Origin: Camelus dromedarius
Taxonomy: Eukaryota
Assembly (NCBI RefSeq): GCF_036321535.1
Contig: NC_087436.1
Location: 27,716,001 to 27,780,000, forward strand
Length of the DNA stretch: 64,000 nucleotides
Reading direction: 5' to 3'
The notes under the pieces were generated by a model. The model did not search any database. It was not told the origin of the DNA and worked only from the letters and a program-made list of their open reading frames with translations. Within the stretch, counting starts at the first letter, position 1. Every line of letters begins with the position of its first letter. Below are positions 51,213-64,000 of this stretch, one piece after another. The position numbers were made by a program, and so were the translations under genes.

Positions 51213-51879
51213 AAACCACCATTGTTGGTTAGACAGTTATGGTTGGTATTTGCCTGAAACATATTTACTATAAGTTCACTTCACACCTGGGCACTCTTCT
51301 GAAACGATTTTCTTTTCCATTTCATTCTCTTCTATTAATAATCTGTTCACACTTTACAACCTTTTTGTAATTTACCTTCATAAAAATTTGATTAAACATT
51401 TTGGCAATACTGTATAGAATTGATCGTTCCTATTCCATATGATTCATCATACTCATATATAAACCTAAGAGAAACTCTTGTACACATTTACTAGAAGATA
51501 TTTGAGAAAGTTCATAACCGCACTATGCATAATATAAAAACCTAATGCTAACTCAAATGCCATAGAAATGCCAATTTTATTTCCACACAATGAAAAATGG
51601 AGACTTTGGGGGCAATCTTAACACATCAGATAAATGCTCTAATATCATCATGATGAAAATTTTCACTCAATTCTGTGTCTGAGATGATGTCTCCAATATG
51701 AGAGTTGAGTATATAGATATCTATAAGCCAAAGTGTTGTAGACAATATAAATGAGAGAATAAATCCATAACAACATTTGCTTCATACAACGTCAAGATTA
51801 CTATACCATCTGACAATTACTTGCACTTGCTTTTGCGTGTATAGATAGAAAAATAAATGTGTTGAAGAGTCACTGATAT

Positions 51880-52020
51880 ATATGAATCCACCAGAATGTC
51901 AGCTCCAGAGCTTAGGGAGATTATTTTATCACCACTGCTTTATCCCCAGACCTCAGAACATTACCTGGAACATAGGAGGGACTCTATAATTAGTTATTGC
52001 AATAAGTATTGAATGAACAA
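51880..52020 (+). mobile_element. L2 3' end
   Basis: 'agaatgtcagctcca...cactgctttatcccca...cctggaacatagg...tattgaatgaa'. Confidence 0.7.
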
Positions 52021-52401
52021 AAGAATATTAACATCCACTATCATGCCAGGTAGAGGTTTTAAAAGAAAATTATTGTTTAAGGTATAGAAAATTTCTATTT
52101 CAATTGCTTTAGGTCTTCAAAATTGTAATTTTAAGTGTACCAAAATATTTTCTAATTGAGATTCAAAATTTACTTTCACTTGTTAAAGTGCTGTCTATTT
52201 TCTTTTTTATTCAACAGATAGTGTATTTTAATTTTTAAATTATGTTATTTAGGAAATGTATTATAAAAATTTTTACATTTGCAAAATTTCACCTAAACTT
52301 CATCTGTTTTTTTAATCTAACATAGTGTAACTACATACACCTGATTTTAAAGACAGCTTGGGATAATTTATTCCTACTTTCTATCTATCTACAATTTTCT
52401 T

Positions 52402-53505
52402 AATAGAAATAAAAGCAAAAATAAACAAATGAGGTCTAATTAAAATTAAAAGCTTTTGCACAGCTAAGGATACCATCAACAAAACAAAAAGACAACCTTC
52501 AGAATGTGAGAAAATATTTGCAAAAGAGGAGACTAACAAGGGCTTAATTTCCAGAATATATAAACAGCTTATACAACTTAACAACAAAAAACCAAACAAT
52601 CTAATCCAATAATGGGCAGAACACCCAAACAAGCAATTCTCCAATGAAGACATACAAATGGCCAACAGGCACATGAAAAAATGCTCAATATCACTAATTA
52701 TCAGAGAAATGCAGATCAAAACTACAATGAGGTATTATCTCATATCATTCAAAAGTCCATAAATGACAAATGCTGGAGAGGGTGTGGAGAAAAGGAAACC
52801 CTCCTACATTACTGATGAGAATGTAGTTTGGTGCAGCCATTATGAAAAACAGTATGGAGATTTCTCAAAAGACGGAAAATAGACTTACCATATGATATAG
52901 CAATCCCACTTCTGGGCATATATTCAGGATGAACCTTAATTCAAAAAGATACATGCACCCAAATGTTCATAGAAGCACTATTTACAATAGTCAAGACATG
53001 GAAACAACCTAAATGCCCATTGACAGATGACTGGATAAAGAAGCTGTGGTGTATTTATACAATGGAATACTACTCAGCTGTAAAAAATAATGAAATAACG
53101 TCATTTGCAGCAACATGGATGGACCTGGAGAATGTCATTCTAAGTGAAGTAAGCCAGAAAGAGAAAGAAAAAATACCATATAATACCACTTATATGTGGA
53201 CTAAAAAAAAAAGAAAGACAAACAGACTTTTTTATAAAAGAGAAACAGACTCAAAGACATAGAATACAAATATACTAGCAGGGGAAGGAGGGTGGGAAAG
53301 GATAAACTGAGAGTTTGAGATTTGCAGATACTAACTACTATATATAAAAAAGATAAATAACGAATTTATACTGTATAGCACAGGGAACTATATTCAATAT
53401 CTTATAGTAACTTATGGTGAATATGAATATGAAAACAAATGTATGTATGTTCATGTATGACTGAAGCATTATGCTGTACACCAGAAATTGATACAATATT
53501 GTAAA
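52402..53505 (+). mobile_element. Camelid-type L1, 5' truncated, lacking its terminal ~20 nt and poly(A)
   Basis: ORF 52963-53262 MFIEALFTIVKTWKQPKCPLTDDWIKKLWCIYTMEYYSA is the L1 ORF2 C-terminus. Flanked by a 17/20 direct repeat at 52382-52401 and 53506-53525. Confidence 0.92.
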
Positions 53506-53618
53506 TATATATATATAATTTTCTTTATAACACCTAAAGACATGCCTTTTTTAATTCAAAATATTTTTATTCTGTACTGTTGTTTCAATCTAAAATGTAG
53601 AGTTAATACTAAAATTCA

Positions 53619-53776
53619 GGGGGGAGGGTGCAGCTCAGTGGTAGGCTGCATGCTTTGCATTCATGAAGTCTTGGGTTCAATCCCCAACACCTCCATTAAT
53701 AAACAAACAAACAAACAAACAAACAAACTGAATTACCCCCCCAAAAAATAAAATAGTAAAATAAATAAAATAAAAT
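53619..53776 (+). mobile_element. tRNA-Ala-derived SINE (Vic-1 type, camelid)
   Basis: GGGGAGGG start, A box gcagctcagtgg, anticodon-loop remnant ctttgcat and B box ggttcaatccc. It continues 'cacctcca', (AAAC)n, 'aattacccccc' and an A-rich tail. Confidence 0.85.
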
Positions 53777-54172
53777 GTAATATACAGGCAATAAATCAGA
53801 ATACCAATTTGTCTTAGAATTTTAGCTATAAATATATTTTTCTCATATTTTATTTACGGAGTTTCAGCATAGTCTACTCAGTATATAAACCAGCAAGCAC
53901 ACTCTTAATAAGGTAACTTCCTGTGTTCAAAGAGAACATTCTATGAGGTTAAACAGAGCAGAGTTCTATTTATAGGTGCTTTAAAACTGCTTAGTAATTT
54001 TAAAAGATCATAAAATGCATAGTAGACTATATATAGCAGAAAAGATTAGTATTAGTTAACTGAAGTAAAATATAACTAAGATAAACAAAGATCAAAACAA
54101 AACAAAACAAAACATTAAATTTCCTGAAGTGCTTTTATTCAATACTTTTATGCCTATATTCCATGGTATACA

Positions 54173-56543
54173 CAGGTATACCTAAGTTTATTCTGCTTGG
54201 CTTTATTGTACTTCCCAGATATTGCATTCTTTACAACTGAAGTTTTTAGGCAACCTTGAGATAAGTCTATTGGCACCATTTTTTCCAACAGCATCTGCTT
54301 ACTTTGTGTCTCTGTGTCACATTTTGGTAATTTTTGCAATATTTAAATTTTTTCATTATCGTATTTGTTATGATCATCTGTGATCACTGATCTTTGATGT
54401 CACTATTGTAATTGTTTTCGAGCACATGAACTGTGCCCGTAAAAGATGGTGAACTTAACTGATAAATGTGTGTGTTCTGATCATTCCATGGACCAACCAT
54501 TCCGTTGTCTCTCCCTCTTCTGGGGTCTCCCTATTCCCTGAGACACAACAATATTGAAATTAAACTGATTAATAATCCTACAATGGCCTCTGAGTGTTCA
54601 AGTGAAAGGAAGAATCACATGCCTCTTACTTTAAATAAAAAGCTAAAAATAATTAAACTTAGTGAGGAAGGTATGTCTAAAACTGAAATAGACCAAAAGC
54701 TCAATCTTTTGCTCTGAACAGTTAACCAAATTGTGAATGCAAAGGAAAAGTTCTCGAAGGAAATTAAAAGTGCTATTCCAGTGAACAGATGAATGATACA
54801 AAAGTCAAACAGCCTTATTACTGATAGAGAAAGTTTTAGTGGTCTGGTTTGATTAAACTAGCCACAACATTCCCATAATCCAAACCCTATTCCAGAGCAA
54901 GGTCCTAACTCCCTTCAATTCTTTGAAGGCTGGAAGAGGTGAAGAAGCTGCAGAAGAAAAGTTTAAGCTATCAGGAATTGGCTCACATGGTTTCAGGAAA
55001 GACACCATCACCATAACAGTGCAAGGTGAGGCAGCAACTGCTGATATAGAAGCTGCAGCAAAGTTATCCAGAAGATCTAGCCACAGTCATTAATGAAGGT
55101 GGCTACACTAAAAAACAGATTTTCAATGTAGATTAAGCAGCTTCTATTGGAAGAGGATGCCATGTAGGACTTTCATAGCTACAGAGGAGAAGTCAATTCC
55201 TGGTTTCAAAACTTCAAAGGACAGGCTACTCTCTTGTTAGGAGTTAATGCAGCTGGAGAATTTATGTTGCAGGCAATGAATATTTAGAATTCAGAAAATC
55301 CTGGGGTCCTGTCCTTTGGAATTATATTAACTCTACTCAGACTTTGCTCTATCAATGGAACAAAAAATTTGGGATGGCAACACATCTGTTTGCAACACAG
55401 TTTAACAAATATTTTAAGCCCACTGTTGAGACCTACTGCTCAGAAACAAAGATTCCTTTCAAAATATTACTGTTCACTGATAGTGCACCTGGTCACCCAA
55501 GAGCTCTGATGGGTTACACACTGAGATTAATACTTCCATGGCTGCTAACACAACATCCGTTCTGAAGACCATGGATCTAGGAGTCATTTTGACTTTCATG
55601 TCTTACTATTTAAGAAAGACCACTGCTGCCACAGACAGTGATTCCTCTAATGGATCTGCGCAAAGGAAATTAGAAACCTTCTGGAAAGAATTAAGTATTC
55701 TAGCTGCCATTAAGTACATTTGTGATGCATGGAAAGAGGTCATAATATCAACATTAACAGGAATTTGGAAGAAGTTGATTCCAACCCTCATGAATGATTT
55801 TGATGGGTTCGAGACTTCAGTGGAGGAAGTAACTGCAGTTGCAGTGGAAATAGCAAGATAACTAGAATTAGAGGTGGAGCCTGAAGATGGGACTGAATGG
55901 CTGCAATCTTATATTCAGACTTCAGCAGATGAGAAGTTTCTTCTTATAGATAAGCAAATAAAGTGTTTTCTTTAGATGGAATCTACTTCTGGTGAAGATG
56001 CCATGAAGACTGTTGAAATGACAACAAAGGATTTAGGATGCACATAAACTTAGCTGATAAAGCAGTGGCAGGGATTGAGAGGATTGATGCCAATTTTGAA
56101 AGAAGTTCTACTGTGGGTAAAATGCTATCGAACAGCAATGCATGCAATAGGGAAATCATTCATGAAAGGAAAATTCAATCGATGTGGTAAACTTCATTAT
56201 TGTCTTATTTTAAGAAATTGCCATAGCCACCTCAGCCCTTTAGGAATCACCACCCTTGTTAGTTAGCTGCTATCAACACGGAAGCAAGACTCTCCACCAG
56301 CAAAAAGATTACAACTCACTGAAGGTTCAGATGATGGCTAGCATTTTTTAGCAATATTTTTCAATTAAGGTAAGTACATGCTCTTTTTAGACTTAATGCA
56401 CACTTAATGGACTACTGTAGAATGTAAACATAACTTTTATGTGCATCGAGAAACCAAAAAATTCATGTGACTCACTTTATTGCTACACTGTCTTTATTGC
56501 AGTGGTCTGGAACCAAACCTGAAGTATCTCCAAGGTATGTCTC
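54173..56543 (+). mobile_element. Near full-length Tigger1 DNA transposon (TcMar-Tigger), ~2.37 kb
   Basis: TIRs caggtatacct / aggtatgtctc, degenerate versions of caggcatacct / aggtatgcctg. Continuous similarity to Tigger1, including transposase remnants. Confidence 0.95.
54583..56340 (+). pseudogene. Inactivated Tigger1 (pogo-like, CENP-B HTH plus DDE) transposase
   Basis: Fragments [66 protein letters not shown] and [26 protein letters not shown]...WKKLIPTL lie in different frames, with many stops and frameshifts. Confidence 0.9.
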
Positions 56544-59059
56544 TGCATGAGAGTATACCAAATTTTTATGCTGTACCTTACTTCTGATTGTGTTGAGAAG
56601 ATATTATTAGGTAAAATTATTGTTTCTAAATTTTGGCAGATACTGTGAAGCAGATAATAAGGCAGAGACGATTTCTACTAGTTTAACAAAAGGTTCTAAA
56701 GCTTACTTGCTGTGGGAGTTTTTTAAGCCAATATGAGTGATCAGATTGGGGAGTTTTATTTTTCCTTTCTCTTTGTAGTTACTGGTGTATGCTATTTATT
56801 TTCCTCCAAGGAAATCAGAAGCCTAGAGGATGTTGTGGCTAACCATAGTGAAACCTTGAGGGCTATAACTCAAAGTTTAATAGGACCATGAACTCCCTGG
56901 TTTGGCCAAGAAATTGGAGGGATGCACCTGCTGAGAAATGAAAATGAGAGATGCTGAAATAGCCTTTTATTTGCTCAAGAAATGTATTTCAGTGCCTGAG
57001 TTTGCCCCTTAGTGCCACCTTCTGATACAGTTTAAGAACCCTCAGTGCTAATATCCACATCTAAATACTTCTTTGAGTTTCTCCTAAGATTTTTTAGCTA
57101 CTCATATAATAATGATCTAATAATTATAAATGAATATATAGTACTATTTCAATAGACTATAAGAAATATTGGCACTATTATAATTATTATCACTTAGAAA
57201 TGGGTATATTTGTACGACTTATCATTGCCCAAATTCACTGTATTTTGTTTTCACAGGTTTATAAAGGCTTAAATGGTATTTTCAACATGTGCTTGAAATA
57301 CACAGCAGTCCTTATGATTCAATTTTATGAAAAGAAATAGCCTGAAGACTGCAATTTTCTACAATACTTTCTAAACTCTACATTTAAAACTTTTCAACTA
57401 ATCTTGGGTTGGTTAAATGATTAAAAGGTACACTGTGCTAATATATGGAAATAAATATGGTGAACTTTATAACAGTGCAAAATTATTTAGATAAACATTT
57501 GAGAAGTACTCAACTACTTATTTACACAAGGGAAAAAGTTTCACCCTTAACTTTCTCTTAAAAACGTCATACAAATTTAACTCAAAATTGCTGAACATAT
57601 ATCCCTTCTAACTGGGAGACTTGTATTCTGTGGTTTTACAATGGGCAGTGGCAAAAACTGAGTTTATTACCCTGCTAGGACCTGGGCACCAAGAAAGGAA
57701 CAACTGATTCCTTAAAGTCCTTTAAATAAATAGAATGCACATTATGAAAGATTTTAGTTTCTTGATGTCATATCTTAAAGGCTATAATCCCTTCTGTTTC
57801 CTTAGTTGGCACTGTTTAATAAAAGTTTGCCTGCTTTTTAAATCGTATAGCTTACACCAGTAAAATTCTTCTCTGCATTATTATGCATATTGCCCATTGG
57901 TCTAAAATGTATGTAATATCAAAGCTATTTTATGTTTTAAAATTATCTTATTTTATTATGTGTCTCTGTGTACATTTGCCATTCCATTATTCCTTGGCTA
58001 AGATGCAAAGTTACTGTTGCTCTTTTGGTTTATTTTTTTTATTTTCATTGTGATGAGTAAGTACTTACTTTATACTTTGAACATGTCTTACGAAAATGTT
58101 GGAATAAGTATATTATCAGAAAACATGTAAATATTTTCCAATTTCTTATATTGAAAATTTCTGTTTTTATTTTGAAAAAGCAATACCCCAAATTAACAAG
58201 TCATCATAGTTAAAAATAAAATAGTTAATAATATGATAAAACATATTTCTAGTAATATGAAATTATATAGACATAGTATACCCAAAATATTGTAACCTAA
58301 AATTTGGTAACTGCTAGTGAGAAACAGAAAAAAGGAAGCTCATTTTATTGACAAAATTCTCATGCCATTCCTGAGAAAGTCCCATAAAATGTAACTGGTT
58401 TGAGCATTTTTTCCCTCCTAGTATGATTCCTGTAGCTAAACCTTTTATCCACTGGACACATTCCAAATCTTTTTTATTGTAAGTAATAAAATCATAGAAA
58501 TATTGTACACTAGTACTTTAGAATTAGACATAATTTCTTTCACTTGAGTTTTACAATTGTCTCCCTCAAGTTTTTGGTCTTTGAAAAAGAATAAAATCCA
58601 TGACAAAAATACTAGTGAGTAGGCCTCCCTGTCTCCTGCCAAAAAACTCCCTCCAACATCCAAAAAATGCTCATCTTAACAAATAAGGATGCAATTCAAG
58701 TTTAGCCCCAAAGAATGAAAATTGCTAAATATTAATATTCCTTTGTGTGAGCCTATTGAAATAGCCACTTTATAAATACAGTAAAAGTTACAATGAATAG
58801 CTGAAATCAGTTTGTTAAACTACAGTGAAGGCCGGTCTTTCAAAGGATTAACTTGCTCACAAAATAGTCTATTTTCAGTCTCCTAGTTTATACTAAAATA
58901 TTTGATATACAAATCTCTAAGAATCATTTCTTCAACATATACTTAATAATATAAATTTATAAGCCCAAATCCAATTACGAATGTCTTTATTCATTAAAAA
59001 AAAAAAAAAAAGAGAGAGTCATTAAGCTGAGACCTGGGATTCCAGCAGAGAGCCACACA

Positions 59060-59735
59060 AAATCCACTCCTTTCTTCATGGAGCTTTATGGTCTTGCAGG
59101 ATAGGCAAACATTAAACAAATAAATACAAATTGACTATTTAGAACAAATGCAACATGAACCCAAATTACAAGATGCAATTCATGTATATTATGTGGTGAA
59201 AGGAATGACTGGCTAAACAGAGTGTAACAAAGAAGATTACTTAGATATAGTGCCATTTAGAGGAATAAAAATGAAAGCAGAAGTTTTCCAGGCAATAAAA
59301 CAAAAACAAAAACAAAAAACAATTCAGACAAAAGAAAGAGAGTCTGGGAAAATGCTGAGCAGAAAGGACCTCGTCACATCTTAGGAATCAAGAGAAAGCC
59401 AGAATCTCAGAGAAGACCCAATAGGTAGGTACATAAAGGCCTTTTCATTTGAGGTCTCATATCAGATAGAGTATGTTCTACTGTGTTCTGGAAACAAGTG
59501 AATGGCATTGTGGGATTTTTAAGCAGGAGAGTAGCATGATCTTACTAGTTATGATGAAAACAGACTGGAAGGGAGGTGATTTAGAATGTTGATGGAGACC
59601 CCAACCAGGAAAACATTGTGATATCCAGGTGAGATATGTTGATGACTAGTGGTTGTAGAAAAGGGCTAATTGTTGATTCTATATTTTGTGGGAGAAAAAG
59701 TGAGGAGCCACGATGGCAATTAAGATTCCAGCAGA
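59060..59735 (-). mobile_element. L2 3' region
   Basis: 'cttcatggagctttatggtct...acattaaacaaataa', 'ggatttttaagcaggagagtagcatgatc' and 'atccaggtgagatatg'. Confidence 0.7.
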
Positions 59736-59879
59736 AATGCAGGGGAGATCTCGTTAGGTGTTCTTACGAAAATAAAACACAACTAAAAAAACCCAAAATG
59801 TGCAATATAATTTAAAAATTACTGAGATGAGTAACATAAACCTAGAACAAAATTAGCTTCAAAAATATTTAGGTTGAGT

Positions 59880-61520
59880 TTAAGTTGCATTTAATGTAGA
59901 TACCTGGACATGACACAACATAACTCAACAAGGCCTCTGGAAGGTGAAAAGAAGGAGGACTCCAGAGAGTCAGAGACAGGAGGTTAGTTAGACACAGGGT
60001 TAGTCCCTTGAGCTTCCTTACTGCCTCTCATACACCCAGGGCGAGGTGTTGAAGACGCCTCCAACCAGACCTGCTGACAGGCAAAGTCAAGAAAAACTCC
60101 ATGAAAAATCAGTCTCTGAGTCAAAGTCCTGGGTAAAGGGTGGCCTGGAAACAGAAAACCATATTCACCCTACTCAGCCAAACACCAAAGAAACAACCAC
60201 CCAGAGTTTCAACAGAACCTCAGTGGACCTAGAGGTTGACCTTGGAAGGTCACTCACCTGCCCTGTGGAAGCCCTGGTGATGCTCTAATTCCCCTGCTGG
60301 CTGTCTCTGGAAGCAGGTCCAGTCCCCCAACTTCAGGCTGTCAGTGGTATCTAGCAGTGAGTTGAACATCCACCCTCCCCTGTACCAACTGGAATTTTAA
60401 GGAGACATGAAAAAGAAAATGCAAGTAGAGACCAGTAAGCACTGTACTTCCCCCAAACCCTTTCTGTCCATAAGGCCCAGTAGGCAACTCAGCATCCTCC
60501 CTCACTGGCAGCAATGTGACCAAATGATGTAATGTGGACAGAGCTAGTCTGAACTTTTCTTCCTTTGTCCATCATGACATGTAGTCTCAGTTCTCAGCCT
60601 CCACCCCTGCAAGGAATGACGAGGCAGAAAGAAACAGTGTGGGCAAGGCTGGTTGGCACTGGGCTTCCTCTTCTCCCCTTCTCTGGTGTCAGAGGGGCCC
60701 TGCAGGATCTGAACTTATATCAGTACCCTCTGGGCCTCTCCTCTCTGATTGCAGGGTCCCAGTGGGGAGCTGATCTAGACGTCCTAGTTGGAGGCAATGA
60801 GAGATGTGTGGAAGTTCCCTGTTTTCACTAGGAAGGCTCAGTGAAGATGAAGGGAGGAACTGAACTTCTACCTCACTTTTCCACAAGGGAGTAGTGTGGA
60901 TCAGTGCCAATATTTCTTATGAATGTGCAAGCAGAGAACCACAACAAAATACTAGACAGAATATATATATAAATATACACACACACAAATTATGCAGTAT
61001 GCATTATTATACACCACTGTCAATTATACACATGACCAAGTCAGATTTATTTCAGGTAGGTAAGGCTACTTCAGTATTCAAAAATCAGTAAATGTAATCC
61101 ATTACATCAACAGGCTAAGTTAAAAAATCATGTGGTTGTATCAGTGGATGCATAAAAAGCATATTAAAAAATTTAAAACTTACACAAGACAAACATTTTC
61201 AGCAAAGTAAGAACAGAGGCAAAGGTCTTCATTTTTAGAAAGAACATCTACACAATAAATAAACAAACTCCTACAGATAACATCATACTGATGGTGAAAG
61301 ACTGAATATTATATTTGGAAATAAGATCAAAAAAAGGAGAGAGCAACACATGGGATCCTTGTGATGATGGAGCTGTTTCATACCTTCACTATCAATGTCA
61401 CCCGGGTAGAGATATTTTATTGTTTCTATGGTGGAAACTGGGTAAAGAGTACACAGGATCTAGTGTGTTTTTCAACTGCATATGAATCTATAATTATCTC
61501 AAAATAAAAATTACAGTTAA
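59880..61520 (+). mobile_element. Internally deleted L1 (L1MC-like): 5' UTR, RT fragment and 3' end
   Basis: GC-richer 5' UTR-like block to ~60900. RT piece 'catgaccaagtcagatttatttcagg...aatgtaatccattacatcaacagg'. L1MC 3' end 'ggaaactgggtaaagagtacacaggatct...caactgcatatgaatctataattatctcaaaataaaaa'. Confidence 0.65.
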
Positions 61521-61697
61521 AAAGAAGACATGGAGATAACATTTGTAATTGTTTTGACAATTGCAGTACAACAATTTTTTAATGTCTTCACACAATTTAA
61601 GTAACAAAATTATTAATTTTCTGTAAAATTGAGCAGAAAGTAAAAAAAAATTCCACAACACTGTGGATAATTTCCTAATATTGTGTGTGTGTGTATA

Positions 61698-61989
61698 GAG
61701 TTGTCCCTCAGTATACACAGGGGGATTGTTTCTAGGACCACATACAGATACCAAAATACAAGGATGCTCAAGTCCCTTATATAAAATGACGTTTTACATT
61801 TAGGCCCTCCATATCTGTGGGTATGGCCTCCTGGATTTTAACCAACTCCAAATTGAAATTCGATCTGTGGTTGGCTGACTCTGTGGATGCAACACCCACA
61901 GATCCAGAGGGTCGAATGTATATTTATTCGAAAAAATCTGCACATACGTGGACTTAAGCAGTTCAAAATTGTTGTACAAGAGTCAGCTG
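61698..61989 (+). mobile_element. Tigger2-family MITE (MER2/MER8-related, Tigger2a_Art-like) with TA target duplication
   Basis: TIRs gagttgtccctc / aagagtcagctg with TA on both sides. MER2-like 5' half and MER8-like 3' end. Confidence 0.85.
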
Positions 61990-62075
61990 TATACATATAC
62001 ATCCATATGTGTCTATATATGTATACATATATATATATTTGTGTGTATACATATATATCCACAAACATATATACA
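61990..62075. repeat. Degenerate (TA)/(CA)/(TG) microsatellite
   Basis: Seen directly. It continues the (TG)n tract on the other side of the MITE. Confidence 0.85.
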
Positions 62076-62439
62076 GCTTTTTGTTGAGTGAATACTTTGA
62101 GGAACATTTTAGAATAGAAGGTGAAATTCCTGGAGACATTCTCAAGGATAATTATTCTTGGCCCTGCCAAAATAAAATATATTTATTTGCTTGTTGTTGT
62201 TTTTCCTGAAATAAACTTCAACAGAACTGGAGCTGCAAGTTAATCTGGTGTAGCACCAGGAACTAGAACTCAGGTCTTAAAAGAGGGTTGGTTGTGAATC
62301 ATTTAATTGGAATTTTTATTAATATGTTTGCTGCACAATGGTTTGTCATAAGCATTGACCATTTTTTCTATGTACATGTATGCTGTACGTAAATGCACAA
62401 ACAGAGACTACAGCGATATTGACAATGTTGCTATATTGG

Positions 62440-64000
62440 ACACAGCAAGATGGTGACCTATGTATTCTGGAAACTCATCTGCTGTGAAATGCTTTAGAGA
62501 TCCTGGGTAAAATATGACCAACATCCTTTCAGTGAAGAAATGAGCTCACAAAAGAATAAAACCCGAAGGAGGTTGGGTTTTGGAGAGAGACTGAAAACCA
62601 GAATTGTAAAATTGCATTAATGCTTCGCATGCCTGTAACTGAGAACCTTCTTTTATTGGCCATCCAAGTTCAGAAAATAAGGCCTGCACCCTCATAAGGC
62701 AATGAATTTGAGTTAAACCTAAAGAGAAGCAGGACCACAAATAGTCACAGACTCAATGAGTGAAAATATCTGCCCAATATCTAAAATTGATCCCAACCTA
62801 GGCTTTATATGGGGAAACTTTACCTGAAGATTTAAAACCACAAGCCAGTCATCACAGAGGCTTAGTGTGTGTTGCCTTCATGGTGTTGGCAAACTCACTC
62901 TGAGCATTTAAAATGATGCCACAATGAAAAAACCATGGGGTCTAAACTTGGCAGGGATTAAAGCAAATCCTTCTAGGTTTGAAACACGGTTAACTCTGAT
63001 CTAGTTCACAATAAGTTCAAAATACAAGTGAACAAAACACATGAGGCATCAAGCCACTGTCAGCTAAATTCAGAAAATAGAAAATCAAAAGCAAATAATA
63101 TAATTTAAGCCTTATCATTAATACATTTAAGATAATATAAATAATAAAATATGGAATTATACGGAATTTAACATCAAGAGAAGAGCATATTTATATGTGA
63201 ATAACAAGATAAGTACAAAAATAGGACTTCTAGGAATACAAATATCATACATTTAAATTAAAGACTCAACCAAAGTTTTAAACATCTGATTGTTCACAGC
63301 TGAACAATTACTGATCTAGTGCAAGAACTAAAAGATTATCTATAATGCAGTATAGAAAGACAGATAAATGAGATGTCAAGATTCAAGGCAACTAGAATAA
63401 GACATTGTAAATGTATCATATAAAGAGTCCAAAATGAGGGGATAGAGTGAATGGGGGAAGCAATATCTAAAAGATACTTGCTGAGGACATTGGAAAACTT
63501 TAAGGACAACATGGAAAACATACAACTTAAGGTTCAGGAAGTACAACTCATCCCACATAGGCTACAGAAAAATAAATCAACATCTAGTAATACCATGGTG
63601 AACCTGTCAATAACAAAACACATTGAGAATAGTTTATCTTCAACAAAAAGAATTATTTTGATTTACCAACAGCAACAATTTAAGACAAAAGTAATGACTT
63701 CTAGGTGACAGAGTTTATAATTTGAAGCCCAATAGGCTAAGATTGACGCACGAGGGAGAAATGAGGACATATTTCAAATGTAAAAATAGAGAGTTTTTAC
63801 TACTGACAGACCCATTGTAGGGCCTTTTGAGGAATGTGTTTCAGGAGGATTTGAAAGAGGCAGTAAGAGGAAAGGATAATAAAAAAAATCTATTTATGCT
63901 TGCCTAAACCATCTAAAATAATAATTATAAAAATTATTACATATTACAGGGCTTAAAATAACAAGGAAGTAAAATATTGGACAGCAAAAATGTGAAGCTG
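62440..64000 (+). mobile_element. Old L1 5' UTR and ORF1 remnant
   Basis: Starts near 'caagatggtg', a YY1-type L1 5' end. ORF 63451-63708 ENFKDNMENIQLKVQEVQLIPHRLQKNKSTSSNTMVNL resembles the ORF1p RRM region ENFP.L.K...QIQEAQR.P.R...K.TPRHII.KL. Confidence 0.7.

Noticed and set aside
53619..53695. tRNA-Ala gene
   Set aside because: Stems are disrupted and it is followed by a SINE body and A-rich tail, so it is a SINE head.
54505..56266. TIGD1 gene
   Set aside because: Multiple stops and frameshifts inside a TIR-bounded Tigger1, so it is a neutral fossil.
1..64000. Novel multi-gene system, NUMT, non-retroviral endogenous viral element, or prokaryotic features (CRISPR, operons)
   Set aside because: No long ORFs, repeat-spacer arrays, or mitochondrial or viral protein signatures were seen. 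All recognisable coding remnants belong to known transposon classes.

Overview
This is AT-rich mammalian genomic DNA, either intergenic or deep intronic. I found no recognisable host protein-coding exon. ORF-track entries are transposon remnants (L1 ORF1/ORF2, Tigger1 transposase, ERV gag) or chance ORFs. A tRNA-Ala-derived SINE of the Vic-1 type, camelid-type L1 3' ends and the absence of ruminant, pig or primate SINEs point to a camelid genome (inference). Roughly half the window is interspersed repeat. It includes an ERV1 provirus fragment with a gag-matrix remnant, a 5'-inverted (twin-primed) L1, a near full-length Tigger1, several nested insertions, an ERVL/MaLR integrase remnant, and a probable ancient Gypsy-type LTR carrying a CTCF-like motif. 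Repeat-poor stretches at about 19-25 kb and 47.7 kb contain motif-dense blocks that look like developmental enhancers. I do not see evidence for a novel multi-gene system. Repeat family names come from recalled consensus sequences and boundaries of old elements are approximate.
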